Source of the DNA: Candidatus Latescibacterota bacterium
GTDB lineage: Bacteria > Latescibacterota > UBA2968 > UBA8231
Direction of reading: 5' to 3'
NCBI GenBank assembly: GCA_965243025.1
Contig: CBDETY010000003.1
Location: 6,464,001 to 6,528,000, forward strand
DNA: 64,000 nt
This document shows positions 22,498-31,135 of this stretch, piece after piece. The notes beneath the pieces are model-generated. The model worked only from the letters and a program-made list of their open reading frames with translations, ran no database searches and was not told where the DNA came from. The position numbers and the translations under genes were made by a program. How positions within the stretch are numbered: position 1 is the first letter of the stretch; each line of letters starts with the position of its first letter.

Positions 22498-23942
22498 GCG
22501 CAGGTCTCTTCGAGGTTGCGGGCGGCCCGAAACATGGCCGCCTCGTGAAATGGAGGAGCCAGAAGCTGAGCACCGATCGGGAGCCCTTCCCCGGAGGCGG
22601 TCAGCGGCACGGCGATGCCGGGCAGGCCGGCGAGGTTCACGGATACCGTGTAAATGTCGTTGAGGTACATCTCCAGCGGGTCGTCGAGCTGTTCCCCGAG
22701 GCGGAAGGCGGTGGTCGGGGCCACCGGCGCCAGGATGACGTCGCAGGACTCGAAGGCGCGCTCGAAGTCGCGCCGTATGAGGGTGCGGACTTTCAGCGCC
22801 TTCAGGTAGTAGGCGTCGTAATAGCCGGCGCTCAGCACGTAGGTCCCCAGGGCGATGCGGCGCTTCACCTCGGCGCCGAAGCCGCGGCTGCGCGAGGAGC
22901 GGTACATCTCGCCGAGGTCCTCCCTGCCGTTGGCGCAGCGGGTCCCGTACTTGACGCCGTCGTAACGGGCGAGGTTGGCCGATGCCTCGGCCATGGCGAT
23001 GATGTAGTAGGCGCTGATGCAGTATTCCGGGTGCGCCGCCACCTCCAGCGACACGTCGACCAGCTCGGCCCCGTTCGCTTCCATGGCCGCTGCCGCCTCC
23101 TCGACGGCGGCGCGAATCTCCGGGTCCAGTCCGGCGGCGAAATGCTGCCTGACAAGGCCGACCTTCAGACCTTCTATCCCTCCCTCCAGCCCTGCCGCGT
23201 AGTCGGGCACCGGCTCCTCGACCGAGGTGGAGTCGCGGGGGTCGTGGCCGGCGATCGCCCCCAGCAGCAGGGCCGCATCGCCGACGTCCCGGGCGACGCA
23301 GCCCACCTGATCGAGAGAGGAGGCGTAGGCGACCAGTCCGTAGCGGGAGACGCGGCCGTAGGTCGGCTTGACCCCGACGACGCCGCAGTAGGAAGCCGGT
23401 TGCCGAACGGAACCTCCCGTATCCGATCCGAGGGCGGCGATCGCTTCCCGCGCCGCCACCGCCGCGGCCGAACCCCCGCTGCTGCCCCCGGCGACGCGGC
23501 TGTTGTCGACGGGATTGCGCACCGGTCCGAAGATGGTGTTCTCGCTCGAAGAGCCCATGGCGAACTCGTCCATGTTGGTCTTGCCGAGGAGGACGGCGTC
23601 GGCGGCGCGGAGCCTGGACACCGCTCCGGCGTCGTAGGGGGCGACGTAGTCCCGCAATATCCCGCTGGCGCAGGTGGTGCGCCCGCCGCGCACGCAGATC
23701 ACGTCCTTGACGGCAACCGGGACGCCTGCCAGCGGCCCCAGTTCCTCTCCCGCCGCCTTCCGGCGGTCGATCCGCGCGGCCGCGGAGAGGGCTTCTTCGG
23801 CATCGACCGAGATGTAGGCGTTCACCACGGGATCGACTTCGTCGATCCGGTCGAGCACCGACAGGGTGATCTCGACCGAGGTGGCCGCGCCGGTTCTGAT
23901 CTGGTCGGCCGCGGCGCGCGCGGTCAGCTGGTTCAGGGACAA
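22494..23942 (-). CDS. gatA: Glutamyl-tRNA(Gln) amidotransferase subunit A
   Basis: KTNMDEFAMGSS, GGSSGGSAAAV, GSDTGGSVRQP, RYDGVKY, LSAGYYDAYY. Confidence 0.96.
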   Translation of the reverse strand: MSLNQLTARAAADQIRTGAATSVEITLSVLDRIDEVDPVVNAYISVDAEEALSAAARIDRRKAAGEELGPLAGVPVAVKDVICVRGGRTTCASGILRDYVAPYDAGAVSRLRAADAVLLGKTNMDEFAMGSSSENTIFGPVRNPVDNSRVAGGSSGGSAAAVAAREAIAALGSDTGGSVRQPASYCGVVGVKPTYGRVSRYGLVAYASSLDQVGCVARDVGDAALLLGAIAGHDPRDSTSVEEPVPDYAAGLEGGIEGLKVGLVRQHFAAGLDPEIRAAVEEAAAAMEANGAELVDVSLEVAAHPEYCISAYYIIAMAEASANLARYDGVKYGTRCANGREDLGEMYRSSRSRGFGAEVKRRIALGTYVLSAGYYDAYYLKALKVRTLIRRDFERAFESCDVILAPVAPTTAFRLGEQLDDPLEMYLNDIYTVSVNLAGLPGIAVPLTASGEGLPIGAQLLAPPFHEAAMFRAARNLEETCA

Positions 23943-23991
23943 GGTTGAACTGCGGGTCGGGATTGCAGCCGGGTCGTGGAAATACCCGGGA

Positions 23992-24297
23992 TCAGCCCTT
24001 CTGCCGGGTCTCCCCGGTCTGGCCGCTTTCCCCGGCCGCGGCGGGAGGGGCGTCCTTTTCCGGCTCAGCCGTCCCTTGCCGCGCTACCTGATCGGCAGCG
24101 CTTTCGGGGGCTTTCGGAGCCGGGTTCGAGACGGTGTTGGCGACGTCGACTTCGTCCTGGACGTCGCGAACCGCCTTGCGGAACTCGCGAATTCCCTTGC
24201 CCATGCCCTGCGCCATCTCGGGAATCCGCTTGGCGCCGAAAATCAGCAGGACGACCAGAAAGATTATCAGTATTTCCCAATGGCCCATGCCGAACAT
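23992..24297 (-). CDS. tatA: Twin-arginine translocase TatA/TatE
   Basis: MFGMGHWEILIIFLVVLLIFGAKRIPEMAQGMGKGIREF. Confidence 0.95.
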   Translation of the reverse strand: MFGMGHWEILIIFLVVLLIFGAKRIPEMAQGMGKGIREFRKAVRDVQDEVDVANTVSNPAPKAPESAADQVARQGTAEPEKDAPPAAAGESGQTGETRQKG

Positions 24298-24334
24298 TGG
24301 TTGTCCTCCGATCGGAGTTGGAACGCCACCGACG

Positions 24335-24616
24335 TCAGTAAGAGTACTTGAAATAGTACCATCCGGCGAGGATGCCGAGCAGGGTGATGACGTTGAAGTG
24401 CAGTCCGAGTTCGAACTGAAAGGAAAGAATGATCAGGTTCAACTTGTGGGGGCCGATAGCCCAACTGACGTAATGGAGCAGGGCGCGTTCGACGATGGTG
24501 CCGTCCCCGGCGGTAAGGTGCAGCAGGAGGCGGACCGCTTCGCCGATGACGTTGGCGCCGAGGACGCAGAGGAACAGTACAAGGATGAGGCGGACTGCCG
24601 ATTTTTCCCTGAACAT
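24335..24616 (-). CDS. Small membrane protein (DUF4321-like)
   Basis: Two hydrophobic segments; LNLIILSFQFELGLHFNVITLLG pattern; lies within the operon. Confidence 0.6.
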   Translation of the reverse strand: MFREKSAVRLILVLFLCVLGANVIGEAVRLLLHLTAGDGTIVERALLHYVSWAIGPHKLNLIILSFQFELGLHFNVITLLGILAGWYYFKYSY

Positions 24617-24631
24617 GCGCCGCGCCGACGG

Positions 24632-25342
24632 TCAGGCGTGCTGGGTGACTTCGTCGCTGAACAATCCTGCGACCCATCGATATATGCCGCTCGCCATGTA
24701 GACCAGGGTCAGCGGAAAAAAGAAGTCCTTCGAGGTGCTGGGATATATGGCGAGTGCGACCGTGCCGAGGAAAAACAGTTGCTTGAAACGGTCGCTGAAG
24801 GAGGAGGAGCGGAAGCTGGGGACCTTGTCGAAGGCAAGGCGGCTGACCATCAGGTAACCGAGGGAAACCACCAGCACGGCGGCGAGGGGGGCGGCGTGCC
24901 TGGTTTCCCAGGCGTGCTGGGTGAACACGACGTATTGGGTCAGCACGATGGCCGCACCGGGAATCGGCATCCCCATGAACAGGTCGGTCTTTTCCTTGTT
25001 GTGACTGAGCACGTTGAAGCGGGCGAGCCTGAGGGCGCCGCAGAGCAGGAACAGAAAGGCGAGAACCAGCCCCCATGGGGAGCTCAGCACGCTCAGGTAG
25101 ATCATGGTTGCCGGAACTACCCCGAAGGTGCACAGGTCGACGAGGGAATCGAATTCGATACCGAAACTGGTGTCCTTGCCGACGAAGCGGGCGATGCGGC
25201 CGTCCATCGCATCGAGGGCGGCTCCGAGAACGACCAGCCATGCGGCGGGAACGTAGCGGCCTTCGATCACGTACTGCAGCGCCAGAAAGGCGCAGAACAG
25301 ATTCCCTACGGTGAACATGTTGGGAAGCAGCAGGCGGTACAT
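24632..25342 (-). CDS. pssA: CDP-diacylglycerol--serine O-phosphatidyltransferase
   Basis: LPNMFT, DAMDGRIAR..FGIEFDSLVD, LRLARFN. Confidence 0.93.
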   Translation of the reverse strand: MYRLLLPNMFTVGNLFCAFLALQYVIEGRYVPAAWLVVLGAALDAMDGRIARFVGKDTSFGIEFDSLVDLCTFGVVPATMIYLSVLSSPWGLVLAFLFLLCGALRLARFNVLSHNKEKTDLFMGMPIPGAAIVLTQYVVFTQHAWETRHAAPLAAVLVVSLGYLMVSRLAFDKVPSFRSSSFSDRFKQLFFLGTVALAIYPSTSKDFFFPLTLVYMASGIYRWVAGLFSDEVTQHA

Positions 25343-25974
25343 CAGTCACACACCCCTATTATGGTTTCCCCCGCCCTGACCCGGTCACCCACTTCGACGG
25401 TGACCCGAACTCTCTGCGGCAGAAGGTGGTCGACCCGGGAGCCGAAGCGGATGAGCCCGAAGCGCTGTCCCAGGGCGACCTCGTCCCCTTCCGACAGGTA
25501 ACAGGCGATGCGCCGGGCCAGGACGCCGACGATCTGCTTGACCACGAGCCGGGTGGATCCATTGCTGATTCCGATGACGCTCTGCTGGTTCTTCGCCGAC
25601 GCATCCGGCCGGTAAGCGGCCTGAAACTCCCCCCGGACACGGGTGACGAAATCGACCTTGCCCTCGATGGGGGCGCGGTTGACGTGGACGTCGAGGGGAG
25701 AGAGGAAAACGGAGATGCGCGTGCCGAGGCCGTCGAGATATTCCTCTTCGACAGGCTGGATTTCGACCACCTTGCCGTCGGCTGCCGAGACCACCGCGCC
25801 GGCCAGCTGGGGGGGAGTGCGCCGCGGGTCGCGGAAAAAGAAGGCCATGAAGCAGGCGAGCACACCGAACAGTATGGCGCCGTACTCCATGAAGGGAACG
25901 GCCTGTGCCGCCGCCCAGCTGGCCAGGGCCAGTCCGATGCCGCCGGCGACGAACGGCAATCCTTCGCGGGCCAT
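25342..25974 (-). CDS. psd: Phosphatidylserine decarboxylase proenzyme
   Basis: FFRDPRR, SAADG, DVHVNRAP, IRFGSRVD self-cleavage site. Confidence 0.93.
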   Translation of the reverse strand: MAREGLPFVAGGIGLALASWAAAQAVPFMEYGAILFGVLACFMAFFFRDPRRTPPQLAGAVVSAADGKVVEIQPVEEEYLDGLGTRISVFLSPLDVHVNRAPIEGKVDFVTRVRGEFQAAYRPDASAKNQQSVIGISNGSTRLVVKQIVGVLARRIACYLSEGDEVALGQRFGLIRFGSRVDHLLPQRVRVTVEVGDRVRAGETIIGVCD

Positions 25975-25975
25975 G

Positions 25976-27112
25976 TCAATCCCACCTGCGCAGGGAGCGC
26001 GGACGCTCCGCAACTTCGATTGAAACCGGGATTTTGCGGCCGTTCCGGAAAAGATCTAGGTGGAAGGTTTCGCCGACCCGGAGACCTTCGAGGATTGCCT
26101 TGGCCTCTTCGGCGCTTTCGAGGTAATCGCCATTCACCCCGACAATGACATCGCCGCGCTCCAGGCCGGCCTCGTAAGCGGGACTGCCGGTAGCGACCGA
26201 GACGACCTGAGCTCCGCCGGTGCCGGGAAGGTCGAGGTATTCGGCCTGTCTGAGGGTCAAGTTCTGCAGCTCGAGGATGCCCGTCCACGGAGGCCGGACC
26301 CGTCCGTGAGTCGCGATCTCGTCGAGAAAGCGGCGGGCGTAGTTGATGGGAATGGCGAATCCGATGCCGATCGACCCGATGTCGTACTCATTTGCGGTGT
26401 AGATGAAACTGTTGATCCCGATGACCTCGCCGAGGGCGTTGGCGAGCGGGCCGCCGCTGTTCCCCGGATTGATCGAGGCGTCGGTCTGGATCATGTCGCG
26501 GTAGTAGTAGTCTCCCTGCGGCTCGGGAAAGTCGAGATCCAGGGCGGAGACGACTCCGGCGCTCACGGCAGGTCCGAGATCGAAAGGATTGCCGATAGCA
26601 ATCGCCCATTCGCCGACCAGAATATCGTCGGAGTCACCGAGGTGTGCAACGGGAAGGTCGTCGGCCTCCACCTTCAGAACGGCGAGATCTATAAGGAAGT
26701 CTGAGCCCACGTGCCGGCCGGGGAGGGTGCGGCCGTCCGTAAGGGAGACCTCGATCTCCGGGGGCTTGCGGCTTCTGCTCCTGCCGATGACGTGATCGTT
26801 GGTCAGCACGTGCCCGTTTTCGGTGACGATCAGGCCGGTTCCTCCCGAGACGCGGTCCCGGTATCCGCGATACAGTCGCCGGGGCGAGAACGGGGAGAAG
26901 AAGTCGCGAAACGGATCCCGGTAGCGGTAGTACACGGGTTCCGTATGGATCACCTGGATGCTGGCGACGGCCGGCTTCACCCGTTCCACCGCCCTGACGA
27001 CGGCGGTGCGGCGCGACTCGGCCAGGTCCTCCGCAATCGCGGAGTGGAGCCAGAAGAGGAGGAAATAAAGGGTGAAGCACTGGAATCGAGGGGGCGGGCA
27101 AAGAGCGGTCAT
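25976..27112 (-). CDS. HtrA/DegP-like serine protease with one PDZ domain
   Basis: Signal peptide; LTNDHV, DLAVLK, QTDASINPGNSGGPL; PDZ motif GSPAYEAGLERGDVI. Confidence 0.9.
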   Translation of the reverse strand: MTALCPPPRFQCFTLYFLLFWLHSAIAEDLAESRRTAVVRAVERVKPAVASIQVIHTEPVYYRYRDPFRDFFSPFSPRRLYRGYRDRVSGGTGLIVTENGHVLTNDHVIGRSRSRKPPEIEVSLTDGRTLPGRHVGSDFLIDLAVLKVEADDLPVAHLGDSDDILVGEWAIAIGNPFDLGPAVSAGVVSALDLDFPEPQGDYYYRDMIQTDASINPGNSGGPLANALGEVIGINSFIYTANEYDIGSIGIGFAIPINYARRFLDEIATHGRVRPPWTGILELQNLTLRQAEYLDLPGTGGAQVVSVATGSPAYEAGLERGDVIVGVNGDYLESAEEAKAILEGLRVGETFHLDLFRNGRKIPVSIEVAERPRSLRRWD

Positions 27113-27130
27113 TTTTCTATAAGTATAGTA

Positions 27131-27159
27131 ATAATAGGGTGTTATGTAGACAATTTCAA
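27131..27159 (-). promoter_or_regulatory. Sigma70 promoter TTGAAA-17 nt-TATTAT for the htrA-like gene
   Basis: Near-consensus hexamers with 17-nt spacing in an AT-rich patch overlapping the truA stop. Confidence 0.6.
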
Positions 27160-27935
27160 TGGGTCGGGTTTTCCCCGGGGTAGTTGACTTCCAGCAGGCA
27201 CAGCCCCATGGCCGGCGCCGTGGGCCCGGCCAGCCCGCGCACCTCCCCGGGTGCGGCGTTCCCTTCGCTTTCGCCCCGCAGGGAGGCGGACAGATCGGGG
27301 GGACGCTTTCCGAGGCCGGTTTCCACCAGGGTGCCCACGATGATGCGGACCATGTGGCGGAGAAACCGGTTGGCCTCGATTTCAAAACGCATCTCGTGCC
27401 CCCGGCGTTCCCACCCGCAGTCGAGCACCGTGCAGGAGAAGCTGTCGGGAACCGGGTGCTGATTGCAGAAGGCGCGGAAATCGTGGGTCCCGGCAAGTCC
27501 GGCGGCGGCGGTGGTCATGAGGTCCAAATCGAGGCTGCGCTGAAAAGTCCACACCCAGCGGCGCTCGACCGCGGTCTTGCGGGTGGCGATGCGGTACCGG
27601 TAGCGCTTGCTGACGGCGCTGTAGCGGGCGTGGAAATCGCCGGCTGCTTCCGCAGCGGACGTTATCGAGATGTCCGCGGGCAGGAGGCTGTTGAGGGCGC
27701 GGCGGATGCGCTCGGGAGGGAGGTCGGCCCCGGTTCGGAAATGGGCGACCTGGCCCAGGGCGTGGGTGCCGGCATCGGTGCGCCCCGACCCCACCGGGGT
27801 AACCGGTTCCTGCAGCAGCCCGCTCAGGGCCAGGGCGAGCTCTCCCTGAACGGTGCGGCCGCGGGCCTGGATCTGCCAGCCGGCGAAATCGGTGCCGTCG
27901 TACTCGAGGTCGAGGCGGATGGTGCGGGGGCTCAC
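27156..27935 (-). CDS. truA: tRNA pseudouridine(38-40) synthase
   Basis: YDGTDFAGWQ, GRTDAGTHA, FHARY, FLRHMVR; GTG overlaps ecfT stop. Confidence 0.95.
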   Translation of the reverse strand: MSPRTIRLDLEYDGTDFAGWQIQARGRTVQGELALALSGLLQEPVTPVGSGRTDAGTHALGQVAHFRTGADLPPERIRRALNSLLPADISITSAAEAAGDFHARYSAVSKRYRYRIATRKTAVERRWVWTFQRSLDLDLMTTAAAGLAGTHDFRAFCNQHPVPDSFSCTVLDCGWERRGHEMRFEIEANRFLRHMVRIIVGTLVETGLGKRPPDLSASLRGESEGNAAPGEVRGLAGPTAPAMGLCLLEVNYPGENPTH

Positions 27936-28753
27936 GGAGTCGGGAACGGGGCCAGGGAGTGAGCGGCCATCAGGGCCGCGGCTGAAACGACGATTGCCGC
28001 CGCGGCGAGGTCGGCCCGGGAAAAGGAGAGCTCGCGAAAGCTGGTGCGCCCTTCCCCTCCCTGGTAGCAGCGGCTCTCCATGGCGACCGCCAGGCGGTCG
28101 GCCCGGTCGAACGCCGACAGGAACAGCGGCACCAGTAGGGACATCATCTGCCTTGCCCGTCGCAACAGGCCGCCGCTGAAATCCGCCCCGCGCGCCAGCT
28201 GCGCCTTCCTGATGCGCTCCGCCTCCTCGGCCAGCACCGGAATGAAACGCAGCGCGATGGCGATCATCATGGCGAACTCGTGGGCGGGGAAGCCGAGGCG
28301 CCGCAGCGGGCGGAGCATGCGCTCGAGGCCGTCGGTCAACGCCAGGGGCGCAGTCGTCAGGGTCATCAGGGCGGCGACGGTGACAATCGTCGCCAGACGC
28401 CAGCAGAACAACAGCCCGAAGCGCAGTCCCTCCTGCGATACCGGCCACTGCAGCCCGGGAAGATGAACCAGCACCCGTCCGGGGGTCATGAGCGCGTGCA
28501 GAACGACCGTGAAGGCGAACAGCCAGAGGAACGGTTTCAGGTTCGTCAGCAGGGTTATCACCGGTATTTTCGCCAGCCGTACCGCGAGGCCCAGGAAGAC
28601 GGTGAACAGGATCAGCGGCGGGGCGGCGTCGAGGGTCAGGGCGGAGGTCATCAGCAGGAGGGCGGACAGGAGCTTGGTGCGCGGGTCGAGGCGATGCACC
28701 ACCGAGCCGGTGTCGACGTATTTGCCGAGGGCGATGTCTCTCAGGATTCGCAA
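27932..28753 (-). CDS. ecfT: Energy-coupling factor transporter transmembrane component
   Basis: HRLDPRTK, IALRFIP..AQLARG, AMESRCY. Confidence 0.9.
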   Translation of the reverse strand: MRILRDIALGKYVDTGSVVHRLDPRTKLLSALLLMTSALTLDAAPPLILFTVFLGLAVRLAKIPVITLLTNLKPFLWLFAFTVVLHALMTPGRVLVHLPGLQWPVSQEGLRFGLLFCWRLATIVTVAALMTLTTAPLALTDGLERMLRPLRRLGFPAHEFAMMIAIALRFIPVLAEEAERIRKAQLARGADFSGGLLRRARQMMSLLVPLFLSAFDRADRLAVAMESRCYQGGEGRTSFRELSFSRADLAAAAIVVSAAALMAAHSLAPFPTP

Positions 28754-29247
28754 GGTCTGCCGGCGGACTCAGAGACCACTTCCGGGAGGTTTTTTGCCGT
28801 TACGCAGCATGCCATAAGGTAACGGTGAAGTGCGCCCTGGCCTTTCAGGACCCGATCCCATTTTCCCACCTTGTAAAAAAAACTCTGCCGGTCTGATCTG
28901 CATCATCCATTCCTCTCCTTTTCGGGCCTGATTTCAAGCTAAATCGGCCGAAATGTCCATCTTTTACCTATTTTCCATACAAAATTCATCAAAATGTCCC
29001 TTATTTCCACCAGTTTACCACTCATGGGGGATTATATTAGCTGAATCCGGTTTTTCAGGTCGCAGCCCGGTTACCCCTGCCGGAGTCCCTCAAATCGCGG
29101 CTGCAGTATCCGGAAGGGTGCAGTCACGCCGGCTGTTACCTCAAGTAGCGCCGACCGGTTTGGCGGGGTAGCCGTCAGCCTGGGAAGCCCGGAGATACAA
29201 AGCGGACAACCGTCCGTCAGTCACCTTTTGAGCTTGTCTTTTCCGAG

Positions 29248-29474
29248 AAGGAGAACCGTCCTGATGAAAGCTCGAACTCTTTTCCCCCTGGGATACATGA
29301 CTCCTGTTGTCGGTCTGCTCGTACTGTCCGGCGTCTTTTCCCATGCACGCCCCGCTTCGGGGCAGACGCAGGAAGCGTGTCCACTTCCTCCAGGCGTGAC
29401 GCCTCCTGCAGATCCGCGTGTGACGGCGCAACAGGTGGAAGACGGCAGCGCCAGCCTGATGGACTTCGTGCTGG
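29248..29474 (+). repeat. Copy 1 of ~227-bp duplicated RBS/signal/N-terminal segment (copy 2 at 31120-31346)
   Basis: Direct comparison gives about 21 mismatches and no gaps (manual count). Confidence 0.9.
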
Positions 29475-31057
29475 CCCTGAAAAATCATCCGGAGCTCAGC
29501 GAAGTATCGGGGAGTTTGCACAGGATGTTGCACCTCGGATGTCTCTACAGGCAGGAGGGGGGGCCGTACCGTTCCGGTTCCACCTACCTCATTCAACTGA
29601 CGCCCGACGGCAGGCTGTCCGCTCACGCAAAGAACATGTCCTTGTCGGGCCGGCTACTCGATCCCTTGATATATGGAGCGATCCTTCAAGCGTTGGGAAT
29701 CAACCCGGCCGACCTCACCGACCGCGCTGCCGCCCTGGCCGCTTTTGCTGCCGCGTTAGCCGGGGACGGCGGCCCGTTCAATGTGCCCGATATCCCAGGG
29801 GCTTCCGGCTATGCCGCCGCAATTACATCGCCCAGTTTCCAGGCCCCGATCGTGCTGCTGGCGGGATTCGATCTCAACGAATCTCACGTAGTTGATGAAG
29901 TCATCGATTACGGGGACCCGACCGTTACCGCCAGGGACGTAGTGGACCGGGAAACCCTGACGGCCTTCGTCACTCAAGCGGGGGAGCGGTTTCGCGAAAT
30001 CTCGCAGAGCGGCGATCCAGCCGCTTTCTATAAAGCCAGGAACGCCATGCGGGATCCGAACGGGCCCTGGAGACACGGTTCCGTGTACCTCTACGTCCTG
30101 GACCTTACCAGCAACATCATCACGTTTCACGGTGCGTTTCCGGACAGATTCGAGCTACGGCCTCTGATAGCCACCGTCCGGGACGCCGTTACCGGAGAGC
30201 TCATTCTGCCTCAGGTCATCGAAGCGGCAAAAAGCAACCCGGAAGGCGGCTTCGTGGAGTATTACTTCGACGATCCCACCGACGATACCGACAGTGCCGA
30301 CATCCCCAAGGTGGGATACGCACGCGAGTTCACTGGTGAACTCGTTTTAGGCGGACGCGAAGTCCCACTCCACTTCATCATCGGGTCGGGGTTTTATGGG
30401 AGCGAACCCGAAGCACCCGAAGTTGATACCGATGGTCCCAGTACGGAAGTGGAGGTCACGGTCCTGGGCGACGCCGTCGAGGGGTTGACCGTCGAGTTCT
30501 CCCGCGCCATCGCCGGTCGTCCCCGCCATTTCGCCTGGAACGCGGTCACCGATGCCGACGGCCAGGCGTCCCTGACTATTTACGGGGGGAGGCAGGTGAG
30601 CGGTTTCTATCAGGCCCGTGCCCGCGACGCCGATGGCGAGGTGGTCGGACAGTGGGACAGCATTCCCCTCAACCGCAACCGGCGCCAAGTCCTGGAACTG
30701 ACGCTGGGCGGCGGCATGCGTGTGGTTGCGGTCGAACGACTGGACGCCGCCAAAGCGGTGACCGGGCAGGAGGAATTTCTTTCCAGCGGCCTGGAACCGA
30801 ATGCCCCCAATCCCTTCAACAGCAGCACGCAGATTCCCTACCGCCTGCAATCCCCCGGGCCCGTGCGCCTGGTGATCTACAACGTCCTCGGGCAGCAGGT
30901 GCGCACGCTGGTGGATGGGCATCAGGAGACCGGGGTGTACCAGGTTCACTGGGATGCCCGCGACCAACGGGGTTCGGAGGTTGCCGCGGGGGTCTATCTC
31001 ACGCGCCTGCAATTCCCGGGAGGGGTGCAGACGAGGCGGCTCCTCTATCTCAGATAG
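29264..31057 (+). CDS. Secreted protein with two Cache-like (sCache_2) domains, an Ig-like domain and a FlgD/T9SS-like C-terminus
   Basis: AAGGAG RBS; signal peptide ending ARPASG|Q; RDPNGPWRHGSVYLYVLD..HG..RDAVTG..GGFVEYYF..KVGYA; NAPNPFNS...GVYLTRL. Confidence 0.72.
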   Translation: MKARTLFPLGYMTPVVGLLVLSGVFSHARPASGQTQEACPLPPGVTPPADPRVTAQQVEDGSASLMDFVLALKNHPELSEVSGSLHRMLHLGCLYRQEGGPYRSGSTYLIQLTPDGRLSAHAKNMSLSGRLLDPLIYGAILQALGINPADLTDRAAALAAFAAALAGDGGPFNVPDIPGASGYAAAITSPSFQAPIVLLAGFDLNESHVVDEVIDYGDPTVTARDVVDRETLTAFVTQAGERFREISQSGDPAAFYKARNAMRDPNGPWRHGSVYLYVLDLTSNIITFHGAFPDRFELRPLIATVRDAVTGELILPQVIEAAKSNPEGGFVEYYFDDPTDDTDSADIPKVGYAREFTGELVLGGREVPLHFIIGSGFYGSEPEAPEVDTDGPSTEVEVTVLGDAVEGLTVEFSRAIAGRPRHFAWNAVTDADGQASLTIYGGRQVSGFYQARARDADGEVVGQWDSIPLNRNRRQVLELTLGGGMRVVAVERLDAAKAVTGQEEFLSSGLEPNAPNPFNSSTQIPYRLQSPGPVRLVIYNVLGQQVRTLVDGHQETGVYQVHWDARDQRGSEVAAGVYLTRLQFPGGVQTRRLLYLR

Positions 31058-31135
31058 CAGATTTGTTCTTCCTATCGTGGGCAAAAGAATCCCGCATCAT
31101 AAAGCGCCCCGTCAGCTACAAGGAGAACCGTCCTG

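Noticed and set aside
27124-27152. dif-like site (ATAA-tagggtg-TTATGTAGACA)
   Set aside because: Spacer is 7 nt rather than 6, the XerC arm is poor, and the AT-rich patch is fully explained by a TTGAAA-17-TATTAT promoter on the minus strand
29040-29225. c-di-AMP (ydaO) riboswitch suggested by GCTGAATCC and CCGTCAG
   Set aside because: The core GGGGGAACC and GGGGTGAA elements are absent
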